A stretch of 64,000 nucleotides of DNA, taken from NCBI RefSeq assembly GCF_009914755.1, contig NC_060927.1. One strand, 5' to 3'. The stretch's first letter is position 1. Each line of letters begins with the position of its first letter. Below, in pieces: positions 25,941-40,979 of this stretch. A model generated the notes under the pieces. It saw only the letters and a list, made by a program, of their open reading frames with translations, searched no databases and was not told the origin of the DNA. The DNA is from the human T2T-CHM13v2.0 reference genome, Homo sapiens. The translations under genes and the position numbers were made by a program.

Positions 25941-28900
25941 GTGTGCAAATGATGAGCTAATTTTCCCACTAAAGTAAGCACTGGTATGGTACATAGTATG
26001 ACTATGGTAGTCCAGTATTGGATTCCATAATTTAAATAACTAGTAGACTTTTTAGTTAGTTGAAAGGTAAAACAATGGTAATAACAATGAGCTGTAAAAT
26101 ACGACCTGTGGGGTGGGAATGGGGACAGCCAATGCTTCTCTGGTAAAGGGAGGCCAGTTTCAGCCCCTGGTGCAACAGCACCCCCATGCATTCATCATGT
26201 GAGATGATAAGTGTCTTTCCTTGAACCAGTTCTTCTTCTTCCTCCTAGGCTGGGAACTTCTCCTTGGAGACAGCAGGAACTGTGTTACAAAGGCATATGG
26301 CCCAACAAAGGACACTGAGGCTACTCAGTAATTATTAAATGAGAGCATGAACAAAGGAATGTAAGATGTAACAGAAAACATACGTGTCTCACACATGAGA
26401 ATTATTGTGTAGAAGCTGTTTCCCATTTGAGACAAAATAAGAAACACTTGTTGAACGAGTAGATGGGCTTCCTCTGGGAGCACAGCAGGTAGGCACCCAT
26501 GTTGGAGCCAGCCATGGTCTGCAGAGTTCATTTCTCTGAGTCCCTGCCCCAGAGGCACATGACATAGGAGGCTCCAGACAACTGACTCAAAGACAGAGAG
26601 GACCATAATACCAGGGTTCCTCAGTCCTCACCAGCATAAGAATCCCAGAGAAGGCATTTTTTTTCTCACATACTCTAGGTCTCAATCTCTTAACTTCAAA
26701 AATGGCAGTGGCTACATTAGCTCTTGGGACCAGTGTTTCAAAGGCTAGTGTAGAACACTTGCCTCAGATGATTCAAGATCCAGGTTTCCTGACTCTGCTT
26801 CTGCTGTAAAGAATCCCACTCTGGAGGCTGGGGCCTGCAATCTGCATCTTTAACAAGCCCACCAGAGAATTTCAATGCAGTTTCACTTTTGAGGGTTTTT
26901 AACTTGATTGTCCATCAGAACCACCTGGGGAGCTTTCAGCAAATGCATGCCGACGCCACATGCATTGATTCTGCGGCCACACAGAGGGGCCTGCATCTGG
27001 GTCTTTTTTACAAAGCTTTTCATAGGATTGTCATCGTCACCTTTCCAGCACTGTTATGCAAATTGGAGAGACTCATGCCAAGGTGAAGGGCTTGGTGAGA
27101 GCAGCCAGGTCTTCTATGCAGTGATCAGCCTGCACAGCTGGGTGTGGCATCTCTGGCTCCCAGGTGGTTCCAGTGCACACCCCCAGTTAAGAACCAATGA
27201 AGAATGTTGCTTGTTAACAACCTTTGAAGGCTTTTTAGCAAAAACAAAGTGTCATATTGGGATTCATCTGTGGCAGTTTGCAGAACATATCAGGGGAGAG
27301 AGGTGTGTGCAAGGCATCCACCAGGAGGCCGTTTTGTGCTGGTCTAGGTAAGAGGAGATTGGAGCTGACCTGTTGAAGCAACAAAGAGAAAGGGAGGAAG
27401 GATCATCCTAGAAGTGGATACCAGTTCTTTAAGAAGAGTCCTGAGATGTACCCAGGAGTAGCAAAGTGGATGTGCCAACCCGAGGGAAGAGATTAGTAAG
27501 CTGCTGCCCCCTGAGACAGGGCTCCATGAGCTGACAGGTTGATCTGTGGAGATACACTCTGAAGGTGCTAGACTAGGAAGAGGTCCTCTCAGGCCCCATC
27601 CCTTCATCTTCAGCCAAAGGAAGTTCAGCAGTAGCTGCCCCTGGCCTCTGTTCTCAGTCCACAGCTCCACCAGCCCAGTTGCTTGTGCAGAGGGAGAGGA
27701 TGTGGGAGAGATGCTGTCAACACCCTCCATGTCCCCTCCACCCACCCTGGAGGCCGCCTATGACAGTTCGCCATAGGCGAACTGTTTCTCTGGTTAGGAA
27801 CTTTCTCTGGCTACAGGAGTGTGCTGCACCCGAGTCAGGAGGGCTGGAAGTGCAGGATAGTTAACGTCCCCAGTACAGTTTTCTACCAAGGAGAGACCGG
27901 TGAGATGGATAGATGCCCCAGCTGTCTCACCCGTTGATGACACACTTCACTACCCTCTCCTGGAGCTCCCTGAGATCACTGCCCATACAAACTAATTGCA
28001 CCCCAATGCTTGTCCCAAAGTCTGCTCAGATAAGGGCCGTGTGAATAGACAGGTCTTCAGTTCCAGAAAAGTGTATACTCACACAGGAAATATCTCTCAA
28101 ATAACATGGGCAGTGTATATGTTATTTTTCTGGAGGGCAGAGGGCATCATGAGGAAGGTGGTCTTCGTGGGGTGAATATCATGTTTCCTCCAGGGAGGGC
28201 TCAGTGACATGGAGCAGTGCTTCTCAAATGTCCATGTTCGCAGAGGTTAGCTTCTAACTCATCAGGTCTAGGGTGGGGCCTGAGAATCTGCATTTCTAAC
28301 AGTGAGCATGTCCAGGGACCACACTTTGAGTAGCAAGACCTTCACAGCTTCAAGTTGCAAACCAGTTTTGAATGAGCAGAGTAGAAGGGGGTTTGCAGGT
28401 GAGAAGGAACTCTTCACCATGAGTACATTTCTATGAAGATTTCTGGCCAGGATTTTAGTAAGTACCTGAGCCCCTTCAAACATTTGACTCCCGCATAACC
28501 TTTTCATCCAAACACCATTCATGAGTTGTTTTTATGCCATGAGGTTAAATTCTTTCCTATCATTTCAGGGGAGGTCCCCACTTGTTGAGTTTTCCGTCAG
28601 CCTATAAGGCAAAGGAAAAGAGTGATAGAAAATAAAAATAACTTGATTCATTAGATGGAATTCAACTTGAATTCTTAGTTTGTTGACTAAGAATTTGCAG
28701 CCTCCGAGGAAATTTTTTTTAATTGAAGAAAAACTAATTTTTAAAAATCTGAAAATAATTCGTTTGTGACTATTTAACAGAAGGAAAAACTTCCTGAGTG
28801 AGCATCAAATACTTTAATTACTTCTTAGGCTTCAGAAGGGATGGCTTGCTAGTCTTTGTACTTTGGGCTTTCTGTTACGACTGGTTGACTTAGATTTATT

Positions 28901-29296
28901 TGTTTATTTAGCTTCTTAATTTCATATCCTGTGGTCCTGAAGAGGACAATCACCAGGATTTAGGGGAGTGTTTTTGTCTTTATTCACTTTGGAAAAATGT
29001 AAAGATTAGTCCTAAGCAGGGTTGATTCACCGCACTACAGAGGGACACGTTAGGAACGAGACAGCTTATTCAAGTGCTTTTGAATTTGTATTGGTTTTTT
29101 AAAATGTAAGATTATTTTTACTTATTTTAAATCTTTCAAAGCACTTTTTTCCTCAGGGCCAAGTGGACTCTTTGGGAGGAGACCTCGCCGTCTCCATTTG
29201 ATCACATAATTGCTTCTGATGCCAGCCAGTCTGCAACTGCCAGTGATTGGCACAGGGTTATTTCATGTGCACTTCAATCAAATTTCTTTTCTTGCC

Positions 29297-29598
29297 TTTT
29301 TTTTTTTTTTTTTTTTTTTTTAAGAAAAAATCTCACTGTGGCACCCAGGCTGGAGTGCAGTGGTGCAATCATATCTCACTGCAACCTTCAATTCCTGGGC
29401 CTGTGATCTTCCCACCTCAACTCCCAAGTAGCTGGGACCACAGGTGTGTGCCACCACCTCTGGCTAATTTTTATTTTTGTTGAGACAGGGTCTTACTATG
29501 TTGTCTAGGCTGGCCTTGAACTCCTGGCCTCAAGTGAACCTCCTGCCTTGGCCTCCCAAAATGCCGGGATTACAGGTGTGAGCCATCCATACCTGGCC
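29297..29598 (-). mobile_element. AluJ
   Basis: Antisense dimer with a long T tract. Confidence 0.9.
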
Positions 29599-30469
29599 TC
29601 CAAATTTCACTACCTAACTTGGGAGAGGAATTTTGCATTAGCAGTTACATGGTTCATCTGCCTCAAACATTTGTTTTGACTCTAGCTTTTGCTTGTTTCA
29701 CTTTTTTAAGCTTGGAAAGAACAAACTTAGAATAGTGTAGGCCTTGGCTTCCACATGGATGTTTTGACAAAATTTCAAGGAAGCAACTGGCTTTGTAGTG
29801 CTTTCTTTGTCCTGCTTCTCCAAATTCCCCAAGTGCATGGGTAATCACCTCTGGTTCCCTCGGAGTGTTCGTGGCCAGCTCCTTCCCAGCCTTGCCAGCC
29901 CATTGTCTGCATTTGGCATCTGCGCTGGAGTCACTGTGTGCTCCAGTTCCTTAAGGATACTTTTAGTTTATCTGATCTGTGCTCCACACCTCTTCAGACT
30001 CCATTTCCATGAATGTTTTGGGAGAGGTGAGGAAGAAACCTTTTCTGCTCATTGTTGCGCGTTCCCCACCCCAGGCCCCGTCTGATCTATTCTTACATCA
30101 CAACTAAAAATATTCTTAAAAATGTGAATCAGATGGTATGACTCCCCTGCTCAGAACCCTCCAGTGCCTTCCCTCTGTACTTGGAACCAAGTCCAAACTC
30201 CTGATGAGCAGCAGGGCTCCGCATGGCCTGGCCTTTCATCTGTTGCTTCCCAAACGTGTGGCCTCTGGTTGGTTTCTGGAACTCACCATGCCTTTCCCCA
30301 CACATGCTGGTTCTTCTGCCAGGGACACTCTTCACTCTCCCTTCATGTGCTTAGCCCCTTCTTAGCTTGCAGGTCTCAGCTAAATGGTACCTCCTCAAAA
30401 GGGCCTTCCCTCCACCTATACCAGGTATAATGCTGTTTGCCTCCTTCAGAATGCCTCTCACAGGCTGTG

Positions 30470-31530
30470 ATTACTTTAAACAGATTCGTTGAGATATAGT
30501 TCAGATGCCATGCAATTAACCCTTTTAATGTATACAATTCAGTGGGTTTGAGTATATTTTCAGAGTTGTGCATCTATTGCCAGAGTCAATTTTAGAACAT
30601 TTCATTACCTCAAAAAGAACCACCATACTTCTTAGCTGTCGTACCCCTTCCCCTATTTCCACCAGCCAAAGGCAACCAGAAATCTACTTTCTTTCTCTCT
30701 AGATTTGCCTATTCTGGACATTGTGTATAAGTGGAATCATTTATATGAAATGGAGCCAGTCCTTTGTGACTGGCTTCTGTCACTTAGCGTAATGTTTTCA
30801 GAGTTCATTTGTTTGTGGCATATGTCATACTTCATTCTTTTTCATGGCTGAATAATATTCCATTGTATGGATATACCACATTGTGTTTATTCATTCATCA
30901 GTTGCTGGACATTAGATTGTTTCCAGTTTTTGGCTATTACAAATTATGCTGCTATCAATATTTGTGTACACATTTTTGTGTGGGCTCATGTTTTTATTTC
31001 TCTTGGGTACATACCTAAGAGTGGGATTGCTGGGTTACATGGTAACTTATATTTCACTGTTAAGAAACTGCCAGGCTGCTTTTCAAAGCCACTATACTAT
31101 TTTACATTCCCATCAGTAGTATGTAATGGTTCCAGTTTGTCCACATCTAGTCCAGCATTTGTTATTGTTTGTCTTTTTGATTGTAGCCATTCTAATGAGT
31201 AGGAAGTAGCATCTCTTTGTGGTTTTGATTTAGATTTCCCTGAAGGTTAATGATGTTGAGCATCTTTTCATGTGATTATTGGCCATCTGTATGTATTTTT
31301 TGGAAAAACTATTCAGATCCTTTACCCATTTGATAGTTAGGTTACTTATCTTTTTATTATTGAGCTGCAAGACTTTTTAAAAATGTATCCTAAAGTTCCT
31401 ATTAGACATATGATTTAAAATATTCTCATCCTGTGGATTTTTTCACTTTCTTAATGGTGTCCTTTGAAACACATGAGTTTTAAATTTTGATGATATCCAG
31501 ATTATCCAGTTTTTTTTGCTACTTTTGTAA
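30470..31530 (-). mobile_element. L1MB 3' region, inserted in an L2 (~30080-30470, ~31870-32000)
   Basis: tacaattcagtgg..tagaacatttcattacc..ctagatttgcctattctggaca..ggctgaataatattccattgtatggatataccaca. Confidence 0.85.
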
Positions 31531-31843
31531 TTATTATTATTATTTTTATTATTATTATTTGAGGCAGAGTCTCGATGTGTCACCCAGGATGAAATGCAGT
31601 AGTGCGATCTCGGCTCACTGCAATCTCCGCCTGCTGGGTTCAATTGATCCTTCCACCTCAGCCTCCCAAGTAGCTGGGGCTACAGATGTGTGCTACTACA
31701 ACTGGGCTAATTTTTGTGTTTTTAGTAGAGACAGGGTTTTGTTATGTTGGCCAGGCTGGTCACAAACTCCTGGCCCCAAGTGATCCACCTGCCTTGGCCT
31801 CCCAAGGTGCTGGGATTACAGGCATGAGACACTGTGCCCTGCC
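31530..31843 (-). mobile_element. AluJ/S with (TTA)-rich tail
   Basis: Antisense Alu dimer. Confidence 0.9.
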
Positions 31844-32685
31844 AGTTATTTTTCATTTCCTTTTGAATTTTTTGTTTTTGCCATCTCCCCGTGTAGGCTG
31901 CATGTGCTGCGACGGCAGCGCTGTGTTTGCCATTGTAGCCCCATCCCCTAGAACAGGGCGTGATATAGGGCAGCGGTCAGTGAATAGCTCTTCAGTGAGT
32001 TAGTAAACAAAGTGGTTCTCAAAATGTAAAATTCTTCCTTGACTCACTAAGCAACCTTCTGATTGCAACTGCTTTCCCTTTTTGGCCTCCAAGACAGGAA
32101 TTCTCTGGCCCTGCTGACAGGAGCCCCATGTTGCACAGGGCAACTATGTCACTCATTGGAAATTAACATGTCTGCCCTCTGACTTCAGTATTTCTCCCAG
32201 GAGCAGAGGATGGAAGTTCTTCACAGCTGGATCTGCTGTATCATTCAGAAGCTGGCTTCAGAGCCTGTGTAGCTGGAAGCCTCGGGCTCACATCAAGGAA
32301 GGGAATGCCACTCAGCCTCTGGGCACACAGCTGCAACTTCCCCTGGTGCTGTCTCTCTTGGTGCTACCCTATACTAGCCTTGTCCCGAAACATCTACCCC
32401 ATTCATTTCACCCTCTCTGCTACTATGTCACTGCCTCTCCCATCACAGTATTCCACCCAAATGAGGCAAATTCTTATCCTTTCAAGACCTACCCTAGAGT
32501 CACCTTTTTTGATATATTTGCTTTTTTATTTACTCCACCAGGCAAAGAGGGTGGCACCCTGCTATGAGCTCTTGGAACAATTTATTTATAAGTTCCTTAT
32601 AGCCTGGATCGTATTCAACCAATAGTTTTTCCCCCTCTATTAAAATGCGTTAATTTGGAGTCTTTGCTTACTAAATGCTGTCTCC

Positions 32686-32978
<293 letters not shown>

Positions 32979-35080
32979 CAAAATCCCTTCTTACCTGTCA
33001 TTTGTATTCTCCCCATTCTGTGTCTGACATCTTGTAGGTGTTTGTTAGATGATTGGTGAGTGAATTAATGAATGTACAGATGGATGATGTATAAGTCCTT
33101 TCAGAGGGAAACTTTGAGTATGTTAAGACCCCAGGAAGGCTTATACTTGATCTTTGTATCCAGAATGTTGCCAACATTCTGGATACAAAGAAAAGCACCC
33201 TCTCTGTGACTTCTCAGATCCCATCTGCCTCTGATCTTTCATGACCCCTGCTGGATTGACTACATGAGCCTCTTTCAGAAGTTTGACTAGCAAATCAACA
33301 AAACAGTTCACCCTCTGCATCTCTGCTCAGGGATCAACAGGAGTGCTTGCTTATGTGGCTTCATTCCAGTGGGAGGTTCATATTTTCTTAGTTATGTATC
33401 ATGTAGTCTTCCTTGATTCAAGAGTACCATGACTTGTGTTTGTTCTGACTCCAGGACTATCCATGAGTAACCCTCAGCCAAGAGTGTATCATCAGGGCCT
33501 GAGCAAGTGGCAGGAGACAAGGTATAGTGTGAATCTAGTACATGGAAGAGAATGTCTTGACAGCTGGGGTCTGTAATTCATATGCTGTTCAAATGACAGG
33601 CCTTTTCCCCACACCTGTGTGTATTCAAAGCACCATGTCATGTTCTGTAGGGAGATAGGCAGGGGAGTTGGGTCAGGAGAAGGAAGTTAAGATTGAAGGA
33701 GAACATGCAGAGGAGCTTTGGGAAGGAATGTGCCCGGCTCACATCCTGGCTCCATCATTTACCAACTGGGAAACCCTGGGCAAGTGATATAACTTCACAT
33801 TCCAGTTTCCTCCTCATAAAAATGGAAATAAAGAGAAGGTGTACATAGAGTTTTTAGATAATGGATTTAAAACACTACCTGGCACACAGTAAACCATTAC
33901 TAAGTAGAGGCTATGTACTCCATCCTACACGCATCAGCAGTGGCAGTCCAGCAATACTCCTATAAGGCACATGTTATGACTTCATTTTACTGGTAAGGAA
34001 CTGGAGGCTTAGAGAAAGGATGGTTAATTTGCCTGACAACACATTGCTGGTATATATCTGAGCCAATAATCAAAATTGGGACACTAATGCCAAAGGTTTT
34101 ACAATTTCTATGCTGCAGGCTCAGGTGTTTTTCTTCATGGGTAGGAACTTTATGGCTCAAGCCCGAAGGATTCCCCTCTGGGAATACGACTGTTCTGGTA
34201 AGGTTCAAGCTGACTCATCATTGAGTGCTGCTAATAAAGTGTTTGCTGAGAATGTTTTCTGTTAACTCATTGAGCCAGGTTATTAAGAACCTGTGCTCAC
34301 CTCTGACACCTCAGTTGATTGGGGAATTTGGGATGAAGTGCTTCCAAAATTTATTTGAATTCTAAATTAACTAAGTGAGTTAACGTGGAAGCCGCTTTTA
34401 CCAGCCCACAAGGGTCACGCTTGTTGTGTCTGGAAGAAGGAAAGGGTCTTAGAGGAACACAAATTGCCAGACTGACAGTCAGATATGGAGACACCAGGGT
34501 CATCTTCAGTTTAACAAACACATGTCAGAACTAGAAAGTTGGAAGTGAGACTTCAAACTCTACCTAGCATTGAGCATAAGCAGGTCACTGACCACAAAGA
34601 TATTCTGTTCCCAAAGAGCACCATATTCGTGGTCAAGTAAGGCCAGAGTCTAGACTGACATCAAATGCTTGTATGATTGGGAGGAAGGAGCCCGAAGGCC
34701 AAAGAGGCTCACTAATTTCATTATTCGATTCTTCCAACCACTGCACGTTACAAACAGGGCTGTAGCCTGGGTCTACTGGCCAAGCTTCCGGGGCTGGGAC
34801 AGGCAAGGTATGTCTGGATGAGAGAAGGTCTTTGCCAAGACAAGCATCTCTTGTGCCAGGCAGACCAGCAAATGAGCTGCTTCTTGCAGCCCCTTCTTTG
34901 GCATCTCCCATAAGCCAAGGCCTATTCATTTAATAAATGCAGACTCAGGAGCTACTAAGTGCCAGGCTCGGTGCCAGACACTGAGAATACGGAAATGAGT
35001 ACGCATAAATCAAGTGTGCTTTTCATCACTGTGTTTTTAAAAATGTTAACTGATGATTTCCTGATCCTGAGAGTAATGTG

Positions 35081-35457
35081 CAGATGCTCCTTGAACTATG
35101 TTGGGGTTATGTCCTGATAAACCCATAGTTAGTTGAAAATATCATAAGTTGAAAATGCATTTAATACACTCAGCCTACCAAACATCATAGCTTAGCCTAG
35201 CCTACTTAAACATGCTTAGAACAGTTCCATTAACCTACAGTTGGGCAGAATCATCTGGCAACACAGCCCTCCATAGAGTATCGATTGTTTACCCTGGTGA
35301 TGATGTGGCTGACGAGGTGCTACAGCTCGCTGCGCTGGCCAGCATCTTGAGAGTATTGTACAGCTTTCTACCACTTTCCACTGAATACCTATTGTTTTTA
35401 CACCATCAGAAAGTTGAAAAATCTTAAGTAGAACCATCATAAGTCAGGGACTATCTG
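35081..35457. mobile_element. MER47-type TcMar-Tigger non-autonomous transposon
   Basis: Inverted ends cagatgctccttgaactatg / cataagtcagggactatctg; internal catcatagcttagcctagcctac; TA at the right flank. Confidence 0.85.
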
Positions 35458-37699
35458 TATGGTAGTAGAAATTTTTAATTGAATCTTCTGTAATCTTCAG
35501 CAAGAAACCCTGAGAATATTGAACGTCTTTGCCAGACAAGGAAAAGTGGGACTGGGGAAAAGGCCAGTTATGTGAATCCTCTTAAAATAGGGTCTAAAAT
35601 TTTATAATAAAAATGTATTTTAAAAGTTTTGATTGAGACTTTGCCTGAAATGTGAAACTGAAAATTACGAAATTAGGTTTATTTTATCCTGCATTTATTC
35701 AGTGGCACTCAAAACATTGTAATTATAATTGTCAAAGATATCTTAGACCAAAGGCAAAAGATTATTTGCTTTATTAGAGTCTTTAAAATAACAGTGCCCT
35801 AACTTCTGAAACAAAAGAAGGAATTGAGTGCTGGATAGGCAGCTTTTGAATGTGAATTTTCCTACTATTTCATAAGATAACATCCTTTGCTTCATATTTT
35901 GTCTGGTTTTCGGTACAATCACAAAAGGATCATTTTAACAATGGTCACTTTTTTCTAAGGGCTTCTCTTGATCTTTTTTATTTAAATCTTTGTCTTCTGA
36001 AGCATCTTAAAGTAGTATCCAGGAGAATTTTGACTCCTTCAACAGTTAACTGATCTAACTCTGCCAGATCCAGATTTATCAGTGGTTTTGCAGTGGTTTT
36101 ATCCATTTTTCAACATCACTTTCATTGATTTCATGAAAGTCTGCATCTTTTAGAGCAAGATTTCTGCTTCACTCTGTATTTGATTTGCATTGTATTGTAG
36201 TCAGATAATCAGATGTCTGCACTAGCAGTCAGGGACATTAGATAGACAGTTTGCTCACTGGTCCGCGTTCCCAGTCAGCTAAGAGTCTCATAACCATCAG
36301 CCTTGATAAATGCTAATGTTAAGTTCTCTAAGTTAAAGCCAGTGTAGGCAATGATTGGAACTTGGAAGCAATCAGAGCACAGAAGAAGCCTGGTCCCTGG
36401 AATCTCTCCCATATGCATCCTGGTGGATACCAAGTGCCTGGCAGAAGTCATAGGCAACTCCCAACCAGAGCGCTCTCCACTGACATGTTGCTTAGAGCTG
36501 GGGACAGCTTAGATTAGCCATATCTCCCCAAAATTTGTATTTTTAATTGAATTGATTTTTTAAATTGAATCCATTTTAAACATGGGATTTTATTTTTATT
36601 TAAAGAATTACCTTGTGGGTATGTCTGTGACTCTTGGGTGCCTGCCTGGCTGCCAAGAAGACATGTGGCTCCATGATGACTCTGCTTTTTAAGGTTATGC
36701 CCTGGGCATGATCTGAAACCAGGAGAACAAAGTGGGTACTGGTGTTGCCTTGAATGAAGTGCTCCCCTAATGGGGGAAGCCTTGCAACCTTTATAAACTG
36801 CAGTCAGGACTGTTTTCTCTTCCTTAGTATGGATTTAAACAAGAATCATAAACACGTGAGCTTTCTCCTCATCCTCCTTTTGTTGCCTCTCCCCACCTGG
36901 GAGCAAATGCCTAGGACTTTCCAAGTGGTTCTCGGTGCCAGCAGCCTCATAAGGGAAGAGTATTATCTGAGTTCAGGTTCATCAGAAGCAGCACCCGAGA
37001 TGGACTCTCATGAAGGGGATTTATTGGGGCAAGAGGAGCGAAGGGAGCAGAATGAGGAGGGGAAGAAACCAAACAGGCATGTGGGCTCAGCTGGAGTCTG
37101 CTTCACCCAGTCCTATGGGAGCTCTGGAACATTAATTGTACAACAGAGTTGGTCTTGTCTTGAGGCAAAGGGGACATCCTTGGGTACCCACATCAATCAG
37201 AGGCTACGGAATGCTTTTGGGGAAGGTGTCATAACCTCCCAGGCAAAGCGACTCCATTCAAGCTGTTGTACTTATCTAGTAAGGGGTTCTGAGTGGAGCA
37301 CCACCAGCATCCACACAAGGAGTGGTACTGCTTGCCAAAGCCCATGCTCTGATACACCTCTGGGCCTCCTTGGAAATCACAGTAGTAGAAGAGAGGGGTA
37401 TAGAATTAAAAACATTTGGTCAGGGCAGTTGACATGGCCAGTATAAACAGCTATGTTGGTGCTGACAGGCAGCAGAAGGGTAATCCATGACATCCCTTCC
37501 TGTAACACCATCCCGGAGCACATGAGTCATGAACCATAAGCTCAGCTCTCTTGTTCCTAGAGATGATGTCTTTGGTTTACTCTTTTGGCCTGTCCTCACC
37601 AAGATCCAACCAGAATTTTGAAATTTTTATTTGACTGAGTAAGGTGGAAGAGAGACCAGAAATAGTTAAATAAATGCTGATATAAATGTTACGTTCTAG

Positions 37700-38182
<483 letters not shown>

Positions 38183-39394
38183 AATAAATCTTTACTTCAA
38201 GAACAGACCTTTGACTTAAAATTAAAGCTTCTCTCCTGGTTTGAAAGGAATTCCCAGTGAGGTATTGGGCATTACAAGAGAAACTGGAAACAGAGTTAGG
38301 TAAGCATGTAATATATGTATATGTGTATGTGTGAGATACACACACACACATACACTTATATATATTTGCTTATCCTGGGACACTCTTGAGACTAATTATA
38401 CCAGAATGACAGAAATGAACCAGGACCGTCCCCAGGAAACCAAGAGAACTAAAGTCATCCAAGACTTTGGCTTGCTGCCTCTGATGTCCACAGGCCAATT
38501 AGCCAGGATTTAGGGTAGTGTCTACTTGGGACAGTTGTGGGTGTTGCTTCTGGCAGGAGGAATATGAGGAAGAAGATGGTAGGGAAAGGCCATCTATGGT
38601 GAATCATTAATGCCATGCAGTTCTTGAGACAGCATTTGAGAAATTATTCTCTGGTTTTCCTTATTGAAATTGCCAATGCCTGTTCTCTAGGTTCTAAGAG
38701 CAGCCCTCACACTTGCCATCACACAGCTATGTAAACACCTATGTCTCTGCTGGGAGGTCCCCACCTCTTCTGAACTCTGAGCTCTACGAGGACAGCGATT
38801 AACATCTCTCAGATATGTTCTCTCAGTGCTGAAATGTGGTGTGTGATACGACAACTCAGCTACCCAGTGCATGCTCAGGGCGCGTTCTGAATCCTGTGCC
38901 ATTTGCATGTTACATACATGAGCTTGCCATCCATGAGTGTTTGGGGACAAGACAGAGGAAGAAAACCTTGGGGGAAGGGCTAAGGAAAGGTGCTCCTTGA
39001 CAGTGAGGACAACTTAAACAGAGGTGTGAACATAAGAGCAGGCAGGGTGTGTGTAGAATAGTAGCATATACGTGCCACGGGGCAGGGGTGGAAGAACCAC
39101 AACAGAACAGGATGGGCCAAAATGGAAGCTGGGATCTTAAGATTTGAGACTTTATTCTGTTTGCAGTGGGGACAGACATATTTTAAGAAGCTTCCTCTGG
39201 CAGCCAGCCAAATGGACTGAAGGGGAAGGAAAGCTCATAGCAGCAGCTACCAAACATCATTATCCGGCAGAATCACTAATTTTATCACTCAATAATTTTA
39301 TGTATTAAAAATGCTCATCCCAGACCCTGCAGTCTCTGTGTCTACTCAGAAAAGACTCATGCTGTGCAATTAGAGTGTGGCCCAGGAATCTGCA

Positions 39395-39520
39395 TTTTAT
39401 TTATTTATTTATTTTTTAGACGGAGTCTCGCACTCTCGCCCAGGCTGGAGTGCAGTGGCACCATCTCTGCTCACTGCAAGCTCCGCCTCCCGGGTTCACG
39501 CCATTCTCCTGCCTCAACCT
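39395..39520 (-). mobile_element. 5'-truncated AluY inside a MER5
   Basis: gcaagctccgcctcccgggttcacgccattctc (Y diagnostics, CpGs retained); (TTTA)n tail. Confidence 0.9.
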
Positions 39521-40892
39521 TAAAGAGGCTCCCAAGGTGATACTAACGCTGGCGATCCTGGGTCTCTGTGTGAATAACACTGGCTAAGAGCACAGAGAGA
39601 TGTTAGAAAACTAATCATCATTGAGATCAGTTATATCCGAGACTGGATGCTGAAAAGATATATTAGAGTTTAGTTTTATATTTATATATCTCTTATCTTT
39701 TGTTTAATTGTATTTGGGCTTTTAGGGGTTTTGTTTCATTGCTATTTTCTAAGTAAGAGTGTATTGATGTTTAACAAACAAACAAAAATATACAAGTTAT
39801 TAAGTTCCCAGCTCAATGAACTTTCACAAAATGATCAAACCTGTGTAACCTGCACTCAGAACTGCCTTCCACTTATTCCATAATTACTGTCTTGATTTCT
39901 AGCCCCATAGATTATTTACCTTTTATCACCTTTATTTTTGGTGCATTTGATAATGTTCATAATATATTAGAATAATAAGATATGTATAATTGGATAATTT
40001 AAGTAGATATATTATGGTAAATGCTCACATGTTTTTACCAGTTGGACACAAAATAAAAATATTTTTCATCCACCTGTCTAGATGCCTTGAAATGTTAGTC
40101 TGAGCTGAGATGTGAGTCTTGGAAATTGGAGGACCTCTGTACCTTCTCTTCCAAAATCTGTAAACATACTGTTTCCGCTTGGCAGTCTTGATTTGCTTTC
40201 AGTGACTCTGAGAAGCCCTGTGGTTTGTGAAGAGCCTCTTGGCTTTCCTTTGACCTTGGTTGGAAGCCATGTGCCCAGGTGGAAAGACAGCAGTTCCCTA
40301 CAGCCTTTCTCTTCTGTTTCTCTCAAGTCGCTGTGTGCAGAGTCCAGCCTAAGCTGGCTACACTTGGAAACCTCTCCTCACCCTTGTACCCTCCCCACAC
40401 CCTGGGGAGACTTGCTGGTGGACAGCCCAGCCCTCACTGCTTCAGGCTTTAGGAAGAAACCCTCTCTTTTCTTGGTGTGATTTTCTTAGAGTTTGTCTTT
40501 CCTGAACCACCAAGATCTGAAAAGGCAGGATTAGGGTGTGGGCTTAGGAGAAAGGGGCCAAGAAGATGACAGGGTTGCCTTTTCATCCAAACCTTAGGAG
40601 GTCTCCAGCTCAGCCATGGCCCAGCCCACCTCACCAGGACTGCCCTAGGGTTTGAACCCAAAGCATTAGTTAGGAATGAAGAGTGGTTTTGTCCTCTTAC
40701 CTGTCTTCCCAGGGAACCCATGAAAAAGTGGGCAGCTGGAAGGGGGCTGGAGACGGCCTGGTCAGGGCATCTCGTCCCACTGGTGCCTACCGTCTGAGCA
40801 CTGCTCTGAAGGACTCGATTGCCCCGTGGAGCCTGCTCCCACACACCTGCCTTTTGTGCAGCCGGCCCATCTGTTGGTGCTTTTTCTTTCAG

Positions 40893-40979
40893 GAGGAGAT
40901 GGGCATCTCCTGTGAGCTGCTGGAATCGGACTTCCTCAAATGCAGCGTGGGATTTCCTTTCATGAGGTCAAAGTCAAAG
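40893..40979 (+). CDS. ITGA9: Integrin alpha-9 coding exon (recalled exon 19), EEMGISCELLESDFLKCSVGFPFMRSKSK
   Basis: 87 bp, ttctttcAG|...aaag|GTaagg, phase 0/0; peptide recognised as ITGA9. Confidence 0.96.

Noticed and set aside
36754-37446. 230-aa ORF
   Set aside because: No recognisable domain; largely overlaps an MLT1-type LTR.
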